A stretch of DNA of 38,384 bases from assembly GCA_964643665.1 (NCBI GenBank), contig CAZXTK010000001.1, positions 1 through 38,384 on the forward strand, read 5' to 3'. Made by a program: the position numbers and the translations under genes. Positions 26,805-36,485 of the stretch are shown here, piece after piece. The stretch comes from an uncultured Campylobacterales bacterium (lineage in GTDB: Bacteria; Campylobacterota; Campylobacteria; Campylobacterales; CAZXTK01). Below the pieces are notes generated by a model that saw only the letters and a list, made by a program, of their open reading frames with translations, had not been told where the DNA came from and did no database searches. The number at the start of each line of letters is the position of its first letter. Position 1 is the stretch's first letter.

Positions 26805-28181
26805 CTAAATATTAAAGTTTAAATCTAGGGCTTTCTTGATTCTCTCTATGCACTTATCTTTGCTGAGTGCTGATAGAATATCATACACTCCTGGTGCATT
26901 AGAAACTCCCAATAAAGCAATTCTAAGAGGCATAAACAAGCAAGGTGGTTTTGAATTATTGTTTTTTAAGAACTCTTTTGTCTTGTTTTCTAACTCTTCT
27001 TTGTTAGAAAAATCGCTCTTTTGCAATAGCAATAAATAATTTTTAAGGAGCTCAATATTTTCATTATTCAAAAATTTATGCTTCTCATAAGAAGTTGGTT
27101 GATTTAAAAAACGCTCTATTTGAATTTTTAGATCTATCATAGTAGTAGATCTGCTTTTTAGCAAATCTACAATATCTTTATGACAATCGTCTAACTTGTA
27201 ATCATAATCTTGCTCTAAAATATCTATCAATTCTTTATGACTCTTATGCGAAATATAATAAGCATTTATCCAATCTAACTTACTAAGATTATAAGATGAA
27301 GCTGATTTGTTTATATTATTAGGATCAAACAATCTAAGCATATCATCCATAGAAAATATCTCTTCATCTTTATGTCCCCAGCCTAAACGAACAAGAAAAT
27401 TCAGCAAAGCATCGCTCAAATATCCCATTTTTTTATACTCAAGCACATCTAAAGCGCCATCTCTTTTTGATAGTTTTGCGCCCTGCTCGTTGTTTATCAT
27501 AGCTATATGATAAAACTTAGGCAACTCAAAGCCTAATGCATTATAAACAATAATTTGTTTTGGGGTGTTTGTTAAATGATCATCGCCTCTAATTATCTCA
27601 TTTACACCCATTAAAGCATCATCTATCGCCACAACAAAATTATAAGTAGGTGAGCCATCGCTTCTAGCTATAATAAAATCATCTATGTCTTTGGTGTCAA
27701 ACTTCATCTGACCCTTTACGCCATCATCAAAACAAATCTGCGTATCTTGTGGGACTTTAATCCTAACAACAGCATCTCGCCCTTTTGGTATCTCGCCCTT
27801 AAAATCTCTGTATCTATTATCATACCTTGGGGTTTGTTTGTTGGCAATTTGCTCGGCTCTTAACGCATCTAGCTCTTCTTTGCTCATATAACAATAATAC
27901 GCCAGACCTTTTTGTAATAAAATATCAATATATTTTGCATATATGTCATCTCGCTTAGATTGATAAACTATCTCATCATCAATATCAATATTTACCCATT
28001 TAAACACTTCTAATATTTGCTTAGCTGCTTCTTGTGAGTTTCGCTTTTTGTCTGTATCTTCTATTCTTAATACAAACTTTCCGTTGTTTTTCCTTGCCCA
28101 CAAATATGAATAAAGCGCTGTTCTAAGGCCTCCAATATGCAAATAGCCTGTTGGGCTTGGTGCAAATCTAGTTATTATCAT
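26805..28181 (-). CDS. gltX: Glutamyl-tRNA synthetase.
   Basis: The motifs are RFAPSPTGYLHIGGLRTAL (HIGH), VLRIEDTD and KLSKRDG (KMSKS). Confidence 0.92.
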   Translation of the reverse strand: MIITRFAPSPTGYLHIGGLRTALYSYLWARKNNGKFVLRIEDTDKKRNSQEAAKQILEVFKWVNIDIDDEIVYQSKRDDIYAKYIDILLQKGLAYYCYMSKEELDALRAEQIANKQTPRYDNRYRDFKGEIPKGRDAVVRIKVPQDTQICFDDGVKGQMKFDTKDIDDFIIARSDGSPTYNFVVAIDDALMGVNEIIRGDDHLTNTPKQIIVYNALGFELPKFYHIAMINNEQGAKLSKRDGALDVLEYKKMGYLSDALLNFLVRLGWGHKDEEIFSMDDMLRLFDPNNINKSASSYNLSKLDWINAYYISHKSHKELIDILEQDYDYKLDDCHKDIVDLLKSRSTTMIDLKIQIERFLNQPTSYEKHKFLNNENIELLKNYLLLLQKSDFSNKEELENKTKEFLKNNNSKPPCLFMPLRIALLGVSNAPGVYDILSALSKDKCIERIKKALDLNFNI

Positions 28182-28240
28182 TTATGCCTCTTTTTATTTG
28201 TGATTTTAACATAGTTTTTCCTTTTATGTATTTAGCCATA

Positions 28241-28260
28241 AATGTTTCTCGTAGAACATT
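28241..28260. repeat. Copy 4 of the palindromic intergenic repeat, a variant.
   Basis: The sequence is aatgtttctcgtagaacatt. It matches copy 2 at 18 of 20 positions, with C>T in the left arm and G>A in the right arm. It lies between the PsiE-like gene stop (28268) and the gltX start (28181). Confidence 0.7.
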
Positions 28261-28267
28261 GGATATA

Positions 28268-28714
28268 TTATGATTCTTCTACTGCTTTATCAAAATGTAA
28301 AACAATCTTATGTCTATAAAACACCAGCGCCCCAATAGTAAGCAATGAAAGAAGGGTAATAAGCCCAGACAATATAATATCAACTTTCATCATAGTAAGC
28401 CCAACAAAAAGCTCCCTAATACAAAACAATATCGCACCATCTATAATAAATCGTATTTTAATGATATGCTCATCTTTAACTACATAGTCCCATATCGTTC
28501 TAACAATCTCTAATATAATCAAAAAGTTTAAAAGATTCAAAATAATATCTGTCGTGCTAAACCAAAAACTAGTAGAAAACACAAGCAATGCTCCCACCAA
28601 AATCAAAAGCTTTGGAGATGTAAAAAACTGAGTTAAGATTGTAGTTGTAGATGATAAGTTGGTAATGTCTTTATTTGTGCTCATATAATTCCTTTGTTTT
28701 TGGAAGTATATCAA
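28268..28714 (-). CDS. Small polytopic membrane protein, possibly of the PsiE family (phosphate-starvation-inducible).
   Basis: It has four predicted TM helices. LIILEIVRTIWDYV...IRFIIDGAILFCIRELF resembles the PsiE core. The likely start is Met11 at 28684. Confidence 0.4.
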   Translation of the reverse strand: MIYFQKQRNYMSTNKDITNLSSTTTILTQFFTSPKLLILVGALLVFSTSFWFSTTDIILNLLNFLIILEIVRTIWDYVVKDEHIIKIRFIIDGAILFCIRELFVGLTMMKVDIILSGLITLLSLLTIGALVFYRHKIVLHFDKAVEES

Positions 28715-28772
28715 ATTTATATTGTGAGATAGTTGGGTATAATGACTTTACAATTTAATAAAAGGATACAAA

Positions 28773-29132
28773 ATGTTAACACTATGGTTTAACCCAAGAT
28801 GCTCAAAATGCCGAATTGCAAAAGACATATTAGATGATAAAGGCGTGCAATATAAAGAAAAGCTATATTTAGTTAATGCACCAAGCAAGGATGAGATTGT
28901 AAAGCTTTTTGAAGATTTAAAAGCAAATGGGCTAAATGATATAAGAGAAATGTTAAGAGAAAAAGAAGATGTATACAAAACAAATGATATAAAAAACCCT
29001 AATAAAAGTGATGATGAAATAATAGAAATAGTGATTCAAAATCCAATTTTACTAAAAAGACCAATAGCACAGTTTGAAAACAACAAAGCAACGATTGCAA
29101 TACCGCCTGAGCTGTTAGAAAACATCAAATAA
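28773..29132 (+). CDS. ArsC/Spx-family thioredoxin-fold protein (YffB-like).
   Basis: The N-terminus is LTLWFNPRCSKCRIAKDILDDKGVQY. The ...LLKRPI motif near the C-terminus is typical of the ArsC family. Confidence 0.75.
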   Translation: MLTLWFNPRCSKCRIAKDILDDKGVQYKEKLYLVNAPSKDEIVKLFEDLKANGLNDIREMLREKEDVYKTNDIKNPNKSDDEIIEIVIQNPILLKRPIAQFENNKATIAIPPELLENIK

Positions 29133-29139
29133 ATTTGCC

Positions 29140-29682
29140 ATGAAGGCTTTAATTGCAATATCTATTGTTGCGGGGGCTCTATTATATTTTGTATTAAATC
29201 AGCCACTCTTTATATCTATTAGCATACCTTGTGGGTTTGTATTTGGTATTTATGTATTAATACGCAATGCGCTAAACACTCACATACAAGAAGCGCAAAA
29301 AAGCGTAGGCGAACAATATGAAATAATTGTTGGCAAAGAATACGAAGATATGGGCTATGCAATAGAGTATAGGGGCATAGATTTAGGCAAATTAGATGGT
29401 GGTATTGATTTGATTGCAACAAAAGAAGAGCAAACACTACTAATACAATGCAAATATTGGTATAAAAAAGACAGCATAAATCACAAAATACTAAAAGAGT
29501 TTTTTGGAAATTGTAATATTTATATGAACCAAGAAAACTTTAACCAAGGAGCAAGAGAAAACACAATATGTGTTTTTGTAATCCCTTCTGATGTGGTGCT
29601 TGATTATTCTGCAAAAGCTACTTGCAAGGACAACTATAAATACCTTAGATACAAAATCATAAAAGCTAATATAAAAATATAG
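29140..29682 (+). CDS. Membrane-anchored restriction-endonuclease-like (Mrr_cat/PD-(D/E)xK) protein.
   Basis: Two N-terminal TM helices are followed by GEQYEIIVGKEYEDMGYAIEYRG....DGGIDLIATKEEQTLLIQCKYW. This matches the Mrr catalytic-core pattern (G..fE..v...Gy....D.GiDlia....viQcK). Confidence 0.6.
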   Translation: MKALIAISIVAGALLYFVLNQPLFISISIPCGFVFGIYVLIRNALNTHIQEAQKSVGEQYEIIVGKEYEDMGYAIEYRGIDLGKLDGGIDLIATKEEQTLLIQCKYWYKKDSINHKILKEFFGNCNIYMNQENFNQGARENTICVFVIPSDVVLDYSAKATCKDNYKYLRYKIIKANIKI

Positions 29683-29701
29683 CTAAGCTAAAATTATAAG
29701 A

Positions 29702-31018
29702 TTAATCTTCTATTCTAATAACAACTGCTTCATCTAAAAGCAGCTTGCTCGCTTCTAGCTCGCTAAGGGCTTGTTTTATATCGCTCTCATCACATAAATG
29801 CGTAGATATAAAAATCATAGCTGTTTTTGCATTATCGTCTTTGAATGCATCTTTTTGGAAGAAATTCTTAATAGAAATATTTCTATCTCCCAAGATTTTA
29901 CAAATTGGGGCTAAAATACCGCTTTTATCTTGCACTTTAAGTCTTAGATAGTATTTTGTGCGTATTTTCCCTTTTTGTGCTAATTTAGGGCTTAAATCGC
30001 TTTTATTTGACAGCTCAGCATTATCTACAAAACCCAAAGAAGAAAAATTGCTAGATTGGTTTGGTGTGCCTTTTTTTACAATATCAATAATATTAGCAAC
30101 AACAGCGCTTGCTGTGGCATCACCGCCTGCACCTGCGCCATAATAAAGAGTCTCTCCTACCATATCGCCCTCTACACTAATAGCATTCATAACTCCATCA
30201 ACTTTTGCCAACAAGCTCTCTTGCAAAATAAAAGCCGGATGAACTCTAAGCTCTACTTCGTCTTTGTTTTGCTTTGCAATTGCAAGTAGTTTTAGCACAT
30301 AGCCAAACTCTTTTGCAAAAAATAAATCATCGCTTGTGATTTTTGTGATACCTTCTATTAAGATATCTTCTGGTTTGGCATTTATGCCATAAGCGATAGA
30401 GCCTAATGTCAAAAGCTTATGGGCCACATCATCACCGCCCACATCTAATGCCGGGTCAAGCTCTGCATAGCCTAAATCTTGTGCATCCTTTAGCACATCT
30501 TCATATTTTATACCTGATTCATCTCTCATTCTTGTTAAAATATAATTACAAGTGCCGTTTAAAATACCTTTGATTAAGTTTATTTTATTTGCACTAAGAC
30601 CCTCTCTAAGCGCCAAAACAATAGGTATGCCCCCGCCAATAGCAGCTTCAAACTCAAACAAAACATCATTTTGTATGCTAAGAGAGCTTAACTCTTCTCT
30701 ATGATAAGCAAGCATCGCCTTATTGGCAGTAACTAGATGTTTTTTGCTATTTAAAACAACTTTTGCAATCTCATAAGGCTTATCAACTCCACCCATAAGC
30801 TCTACAAATATATCAATATCATCGCGGTTTAAAACATCATCAATATTATCAGTAATCTCAATATCTACGCTTCTTTTTTTGCTAATGTCATTTACACAAG
30901 CAACAACAGGAACTATTTTTTTACCACATCTACTTTGCAATAAGCTTTGGTTTTTTTGTAATATCTTTACAACACTACTGCCAACTACGCCCAAACCAAA
31001 TAAAGCTACTTTTATCAT
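29702..31018 (-). CDS. hom: Homoserine dehydrogenase with a C-terminal ACT domain.
   Basis: The NAD-binding motif is VALFGLGVVGSSV. GILNGTCNYILT is also present, and the tail is ACT-like (YYLRLKVQDKSGILAPICKILGDRNISI). Confidence 0.9.
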   Translation of the reverse strand: MIKVALFGLGVVGSSVVKILQKNQSLLQSRCGKKIVPVVACVNDISKKRSVDIEITDNIDDVLNRDDIDIFVELMGGVDKPYEIAKVVLNSKKHLVTANKAMLAYHREELSSLSIQNDVLFEFEAAIGGGIPIVLALREGLSANKINLIKGILNGTCNYILTRMRDESGIKYEDVLKDAQDLGYAELDPALDVGGDDVAHKLLTLGSIAYGINAKPEDILIEGITKITSDDLFFAKEFGYVLKLLAIAKQNKDEVELRVHPAFILQESLLAKVDGVMNAISVEGDMVGETLYYGAGAGGDATASAVVANIIDIVKKGTPNQSSNFSSLGFVDNAELSNKSDLSPKLAQKGKIRTKYYLRLKVQDKSGILAPICKILGDRNISIKNFFQKDAFKDDNAKTAMIFISTHLCDESDIKQALSELEASKLLLDEAVVIRIED

Positions 31019-31034
31019 TTTAATCCTTTGTTGT

Positions 31035-31919
31035 TTATTTTAACAAAACCCATATACCCTTATGTATATTTGATATTGCATATGTATCTTGTATTTTAAT
31101 ATATCTTGTATGTTTTGGTATTTTATAATAAAACACATTTCTTTGCCTAAAAGACTTTTTGTAGGCTAATTGATTTAAATCTTTATCATAAAAAACAACA
31201 AAAGCATACCACTTGTTAAAATAACTAATCCTTATTTGTTTTGCATCCGACACTCTTATTAAAATAGGCTCAAAATAAAACGGCAACCTTACTTTTTCGT
31301 AATTTGGAATAGATATGGCCTTGTCAATATACGAATATGTAAACTCTAATTCATAGGCAAAATGGCTACTTATAGAATCATCGGCTAAATTAGTAACTTT
31401 TGTTAATCTTGTTCCGCAAGATAATAATGCCTCATTAAAAGCTATGATGTCAAAATATTTTGTAGATTTAATGACAATATTCCACTCTAAAACATTATTT
31501 TTGATGTATTGAAAAGAGGTGGTAGTTAAAGAAACATATCCTATTTTAGTTAAAACATCTTTTAGGACTTTAAAATCTTTAAACGGTGATTGGGTTTTTA
31601 AAATAAAATCAATCTTTAATGTTTTTGATAATTTATTATCTTCCTTTAACAATGAATTATCATATAAAATTTTATACACCTTTGCATAATCTATATGATC
31701 TAATATATAAAATTTATTTTGTTTTTTGAATAAAAAGTTTATTAATTTTTTGTTTTTATTGTATTTGTTTTCGCCTATTATGTTTTTGATATTTGCAAAA
31801 AGGGGCGATAAGTTATTGGTTGTATTGGTTTGTATCTCGCTACAATGCCCTAAGGTGCTAAAAAAAATACTTACAAAAAGCACACATAGCATAAGCTTTA
31901 TTTTATTTATTATTTGCAT
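31035..31919 (-). CDS. Hypothetical secreted protein with a signal peptide and unknown function.
   Basis: The N-terminal hydrophobic segment is LMLCVLFVSIFFSTLGHCSEI. Its start overlaps the stop of the upstream TrmH-family gene by 10 nt (31910-31919), which suggests co-translation. I recognised no motif. Confidence 0.5.
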   Translation of the reverse strand: MQIINKIKLMLCVLFVSIFFSTLGHCSEIQTNTTNNLSPLFANIKNIIGENKYNKNKKLINFLFKKQNKFYILDHIDYAKVYKILYDNSLLKEDNKLSKTLKIDFILKTQSPFKDFKVLKDVLTKIGYVSLTTTSFQYIKNNVLEWNIVIKSTKYFDIIAFNEALLSCGTRLTKVTNLADDSISSHFAYELEFTYSYIDKAISIPNYEKVRLPFYFEPILIRVSDAKQIRISYFNKWYAFVVFYDKDLNQLAYKKSFRQRNVFYYKIPKHTRYIKIQDTYAISNIHKGIWVLLK

Positions 31920-32617
31920 AATGATAGCTCTCTCATCAAAATAGCCCCTGCCACAGATACATTTAAGCTCTCTAAATTATTTATGGTTTTTACTTTGACT
32001 ATTGTATCCATTTTTGATTTTATTTTTTTGCTAAGTCCTCTATGCTCGTTTGATAACAGCAAAACTCTTTTTGTGTTTGGTTGCAATTTTACACAAGATA
32101 TATCCTCCCCGTCCATATTAGCACCAAATATTCTAAAACCTGCTTGTTTTAACTCATTTATACAATCACTTGAATTGTTTTGTTTAGATAGTGGCAAACA
32201 AAGAGCAAGCCCGCTACTTGTTCTAACAATTGCTGAGAGATTAATATTGTTTGGTGAAGAAAAAATAACACCGTCTATGCCAAAACCATATGCGCTTCTT
32301 AAAAGCGCGCCAATATTGCCCATATCTTGTATATCATCTAACATCAAAATAAATTCGCTTTTGTTTTTTTTGATAAGTGCCTTTAGGCTTACAAAATCGA
32401 CATCTTGTATGTCTAAAAAATATCCTTGATGGTTATTGCCTTGTGCAAGTGCTTGTGCTTTTTTAAAATCTAATTTAATAATGGGTTTATTTAAAGATGA
32501 GAATTTATTAAATTCATTTTTATCTAATTTTTTAGAAATAGCAAAATAAATTTTATTGATTAAATGTGGATATTTGTCTAAAACAAAAAAAACAACCTGC
32601 TTGCCATAAACAATCAT
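31910..32617 (-). CDS. TrmH/SpoU-family RNA 2'-O-ribose methyltransferase (RlmB-like).
   Basis: The motifs are NIGALLRSAYGFGIDGVIF, LLLSNEHRGLS and LESLNVSVAGAILM. The N-terminus (IVYGKQVV) resembles a SpoU substrate-binding region. Confidence 0.8.
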   Translation of the reverse strand: MIVYGKQVVFFVLDKYPHLINKIYFAISKKLDKNEFNKFSSLNKPIIKLDFKKAQALAQGNNHQGYFLDIQDVDFVSLKALIKKNKSEFILMLDDIQDMGNIGALLRSAYGFGIDGVIFSSPNNINLSAIVRTSSGLALCLPLSKQNNSSDCINELKQAGFRIFGANMDGEDISCVKLQPNTKRVLLLSNEHRGLSKKIKSKMDTIVKVKTINNLESLNVSVAGAILMRELSLCK

Positions 32618-32674
32618 ATATGTTTTGTTTTAGTTTAATTAATGTGTGATATAAGGTTAAAAATCACAAATACA

Positions 32675-32878
32675 CTAAGATTTTTTAGCGTATTTCATTT
32701 TAAATTTCTCTACTCTACCAGCACTATCTACAAGTTTTTGCTCGCCTGTAAAAAATGGATGACAATTAGAGCAAATGTCAATTTTTAAAATAGATTTATT
32801 TGATTTTGTAATAAATTTATTGCCACAAGCACAAACAACTTCGCATTCTACATATTCTGGGTGTATGTCTTTTTTCAT
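32675..32878 (-). CDS. rpmE: 50S ribosomal protein L31.
   Basis: The sequence is [22 protein letters not shown]...[19 protein letters not shown]. Confidence 0.95.
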   Translation of the reverse strand: MKKDIHPEYVECEVVCACGNKFITKSNKSILKIDICSNCHPFFTGEQKLVDSAGRVEKFKMKYAKKS

Positions 32879-32909
32879 ATCCTAACCTTTTAAAATTTGT
32901 AGATTTTAC

Positions 32910-33914
32910 TCAAAATGGCATTAAGCTTCGCTTAGAGCGAATGAAAAAACGCATATTATTATAAGTAAAATTTAGATAATAACAATGAAGCATCATTTTG
33001 CTATGTTTGAAATATTTTATTCTATCTTTAATGCTAAAATGTTTTTTTAAGTGTTTATCGACCATAAGCTCATCTGCCAAATAAAGAGGGTCTCCTATGA
33101 TTGGGTGATTTATACTTGCTAAATGTAAGCGAATTTGATGTTGTCTGCCTGTTTTTATATCCACCTCTACCAAAGTTGTTGGGTATGTGATTTTATTATT
33201 TGGTTTAAAATGCTTTAAAACCCTCACAACACTAAGTGCTGATTTTGAATGTTGTAATGTTTTTTGGCAATCTATTCTCATCTTAACACCAATAAAAGCG
33301 TCTTTACCCTGTGGTGCTATATTGGCATCTATGATTAGTTCATTTTTATTGGTTTTTAATTCGCCATCTATGAGGGCTAAATATTTTTTAATAACACCTC
33401 TGTTTTGCCAAAGTTGTTTAAGAGCAATTTCGCTTTTTTTATTTGTTGCACCAACCAAAAGACCTGATGTCTCATAATCTAATCTATGAACAAAATTAGC
33501 ATCATCTCCACAAAAAGCCCTTAATTCATCTAACATAGAATAAGATATTTTTTTACTTATGGGATATGTTAAAACCTTATTTGGTTTATCAAAAACCACA
33601 AAATCATCACAAACAAAAATGGGTTTTAGCCCTCTTGGTTTAGGTTTAAACACCGCCAAATAAATATATTTTTTGCTAATTTTATCACCATTTTTTAAAA
33701 CTTCTTTAAAGTCTAATTTATTAAAACACAAAAAGTTCAACGCTTTAAAAAAAACACTATCTATGTCTATATTGCTTTGAAATACTCTATTTTTGCTAAG
33801 CAATGCTTGGGATTGCTTTAAAGATAGATTAATATCATCCTTTAGCAAAACTATTTGTATTGGCTGTGGATTTTTAAGAGGGAGTGCTTTATGCTTGGCT
33901 AAAACAAATGGCAA
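32910..33914 (-). CDS. RluA-family pseudouridine synthase.
   Basis: The catalytic motif is HRLDYETSGLLV, and GRQHQIRLHLASINHPIIGDPLY is also present. The start codon is uncertain. Confidence 0.85.
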   Translation of the reverse strand: MPFVLAKHKALPLKNPQPIQIVLLKDDINLSLKQSQALLSKNRVFQSNIDIDSVFFKALNFLCFNKLDFKEVLKNGDKISKKYIYLAVFKPKPRGLKPIFVCDDFVVFDKPNKVLTYPISKKISYSMLDELRAFCGDDANFVHRLDYETSGLLVGATNKKSEIALKQLWQNRGVIKKYLALIDGELKTNKNELIIDANIAPQGKDAFIGVKMRIDCQKTLQHSKSALSVVRVLKHFKPNNKITYPTTLVEVDIKTGRQHQIRLHLASINHPIIGDPLYLADELMVDKHLKKHFSIKDRIKYFKHSKMMLHCYYLNFTYNNMRFFIRSKRSLMPF

Positions 33915-33927
33915 AACAAACCCTAAA

Positions 33928-34758
33928 TTAGTTGTTTGAGAGCTTTTTAATATCGGCTTTTGCTTTTAGAGTATCAAAATAATCTTTTAAAAATTCATTT
34001 TGTCTTTTTTGCATAACTATCTCAAAAATTCTTGATTTTATCTTTTTAAAAGGCAGTGTTCCCAAATATGTCTTTTTAGATATGAAAAGAGTGTGTAATT
34101 TGCCGTTTTCTTGATAAATTTGAGTAAAACTCTTGCTTGGTGTATTTAGCGCCAAATATTGTAATTGTGGGCTTAATTTTTTGATATCTGCTTTCATTGG
34201 TTTTGTTTGCACTGATTGCGATCTTAGCATTGGGTTTGAAATTTGAGCCACAAGCGCTCTTTCGTTAGTAGAAGTATATAAAACACCTACTATTTTATTA
34301 GGCTGTCTAAATTGTTTTTTGTGGTTTTTGTAATATATTTTCAAATCTTCATCAGTTGCAACAACTATATTGCCACTTGATAATATCTCTACTAGCTTAC
34401 GGTGAGCTATTTGGTTTTTTAACTCCTCTAAAAAAGAATCATATCGTGGATTATTATCAATTACTTTCATAAACTCGCCAAAGCCCATATTGTTTCTTGC
34501 TGCAATTTTTTTAATTTGTTCGTTTAGCTCTTCATCACTAACTTGTATGTCATATTTTGATAATTCTTGTTTAAATAATTCTTGTTTAATAAGTAAATTT
34601 ATGACTTTTGCTTTGCTAAAACCACTTTGTTGCATTTTGGTATTTATATCATAAGTAGTAATAATGTCGTCATTTACTTGATATGCTATTTGATTGATTA
34701 TTTTGGCATTTAAACTGCCAATAATCAAACAAAATAAAAATACTATAATTTTATTCAC
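33928..34758 (-). CDS. Periplasmic chaperone containing a SurA N-terminal domain (PPIase-like).
   Basis: A signal peptide is followed by IAYQVNDDIITTYDIN...VSDEELNEQIKKIAARNNMGFGEFMKVI...LKNQIAHRKL, which follows the SurA_N pattern. Confidence 0.55.
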   Translation of the reverse strand: MNKIIVFLFCLIIGSLNAKIINQIAYQVNDDIITTYDINTKMQQSGFSKAKVINLLIKQELFKQELSKYDIQVSDEELNEQIKKIAARNNMGFGEFMKVIDNNPRYDSFLEELKNQIAHRKLVEILSSGNIVVATDEDLKIYYKNHKKQFRQPNKIVGVLYTSTNERALVAQISNPMLRSQSVQTKPMKADIKKLSPQLQYLALNTPSKSFTQIYQENGKLHTLFISKKTYLGTLPFKKIKSRIFEIVMQKRQNEFLKDYFDTLKAKADIKKLSNN

Positions 34759-34821
34759 TCTAACTCTTTAATTTTTTAAATTATATACAAAAATGACTTG
34801 ATAAGCATAAAACTAAACAAA

Positions 34822-35253
34822 TTATAATTTGGTAATCTTGACATTATTATATTTTAAAAAATCTAATATTTCTTTTGTGTTGTTTTTATCATATTCTTTT
34901 TCATATACTATTTTTTTAATACCGCTTGCTATTATATTTTTGGTGCATTGCTCACAAGGTTGCAAAGTGGTGTAGATAGTTGAATTATTTATTTTAATTC
35001 CGTTTTTACTAGCCCAAATAATAGCATTCATTTCTGCATGTATTTCGTATTTTAAACTCCAATTATGATGCGAAGGGGTGTATTTACCATCCCAATACTC
35101 ATCACAATTAACATAACCTTGTGGTGTGCCATTATAGCCAGTTGATAGTATTCTGCCATTTTTTACAATAACAGCTCCTACTTTTTTTGAAACACATTTA
35201 CTAGCTTTTGCTAATTCTTTTGCAATATTGATAAAATTTTTGTCATTTAGCAT
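34822..35253 (-). CDS. Deoxycytidylate (dCMP) deaminase.
   Basis: The zinc motifs are HAEMNAI and PCEQCTKNI. Confidence 0.88.
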   Translation of the reverse strand: MLNDKNFINIAKELAKASKCVSKKVGAVIVKNGRILSTGYNGTPQGYVNCDEYWDGKYTPSHHNWSLKYEIHAEMNAIIWASKNGIKINNSTIYTTLQPCEQCTKNIIASGIKKIVYEKEYDKNNTKEILDFLKYNNVKITKL

Positions 35254-35275
35254 TTTAAATCTTTAAAAATAACTA

Positions 35276-36307
35276 CTAAAAATCATCAAAATTTATAGAG
35301 CCTTTTGAATAATTAACAACATTTCCTTCAAAAAAATTAATTCTTTGCTCGTTAAAAGAACTATATGCATCTACCCAAGCAATAGGGTTGGTAACATTGT
35401 ATTCTTTCTCATACCCTACTGCTTCTAATCTTTGATCGGCTAAGTATTGAATATATTGTTTTATAATCCCGTCTGTTAGCCCAAGTATTTGTCCATCTGT
35501 GATATATGCTCCCCAATTTGATTCAATCTCTACTGCATCTATTATCATACCTCTTACTTTTTTTTCTAATTGAGGTGTGAATAATTCTGGTCTTTCTGCT
35601 CTTGTGGAATTGATTAAGTTTTGAAACAATATAAGATGTGTTATTTCATCTCTTTGAATAAATCTAATCATTTGACTACTTCCGAGCATTTTGCCAGATT
35701 TACCCAATGCATACATAGCCGCAAACCCTGCATAAAAATATATTCCTTCTAAAATTTGATTACCAAACATAGATAATACAATATTCTCATCAGTTGTGTC
35801 ATTTGAAAGATTAGAAAATATATTAGATATAAAGGTGTTTTTTGCTCTTAATGTATCATCTGTTTTCCACATATCATAAATTAAGTCTGTATTTTCACTA
35901 ACACTCTCTATCATAACAGCATAGCTTTTAGAATGATTTGCCTCTTCATATGCTTGTCTTGATAATACTGCGTTTATTTCTGGAGCAGTTATAAAAGGGT
36001 TCATATTGTCCATAATATTATTTGTTTGTAAGCTATCCATAAAAGTAAGCTGACTTAATACTAAATCATACATCCTCTTTTCTGGGGGCGTGAGAAGCTT
36101 ATAGTCTTTTGCATCATTTGTCATTTGAACTTCTCTTGGAAACCAAGTATTGCCCTCCATTTGATCCCATAAATTCAAAGCCCAAGTGTATTTTGCTTTT
36201 GTAAAATTTATCATTCCATCAGGATTTCCGCCAAAAACTCTTCTATCAGTTAATGTCTCTTTTGAGTTTGGATTATAAATTATTTTTTTGTCAAAATGGG
36301 TGCTCAT
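35276..36307 (-). CDS. nrdB: Class Ia ribonucleotide reductase beta subunit.
   Basis: The di-iron and radical-site motifs are [18 protein letters not shown] and RDEITHL. The C-terminal tail ends in DDF. Confidence 0.92.
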   Translation of the reverse strand: MSTHFDKKIIYNPNSKETLTDRRVFGGNPDGMINFTKAKYTWALNLWDQMEGNTWFPREVQMTNDAKDYKLLTPPEKRMYDLVLSQLTFMDSLQTNNIMDNMNPFITAPEINAVLSRQAYEEANHSKSYAVMIESVSENTDLIYDMWKTDDTLRAKNTFISNIFSNLSNDTTDENIVLSMFGNQILEGIYFYAGFAAMYALGKSGKMLGSSQMIRFIQRDEITHLILFQNLINSTRAERPELFTPQLEKKVRGMIIDAVEIESNWGAYITDGQILGLTDGIIKQYIQYLADQRLEAVGYEKEYNVTNPIAWVDAYSSFNEQRINFFEGNVVNYSKGSINFDDF

Positions 36308-36485
36308 CTAAAATAAATCCTTGAAAAAATTGAATAATAATTTTATCATAGCATTACTAAATTTTTGAATAAATATTATATGAACAATAAACAAATTTAA
36401 AACGATTATCGTATAAATGGCTTAACAGCGCATGAAAAATATAAATATTTAATATTAGCTTAAACTAAAATGCCTACAAATAATT

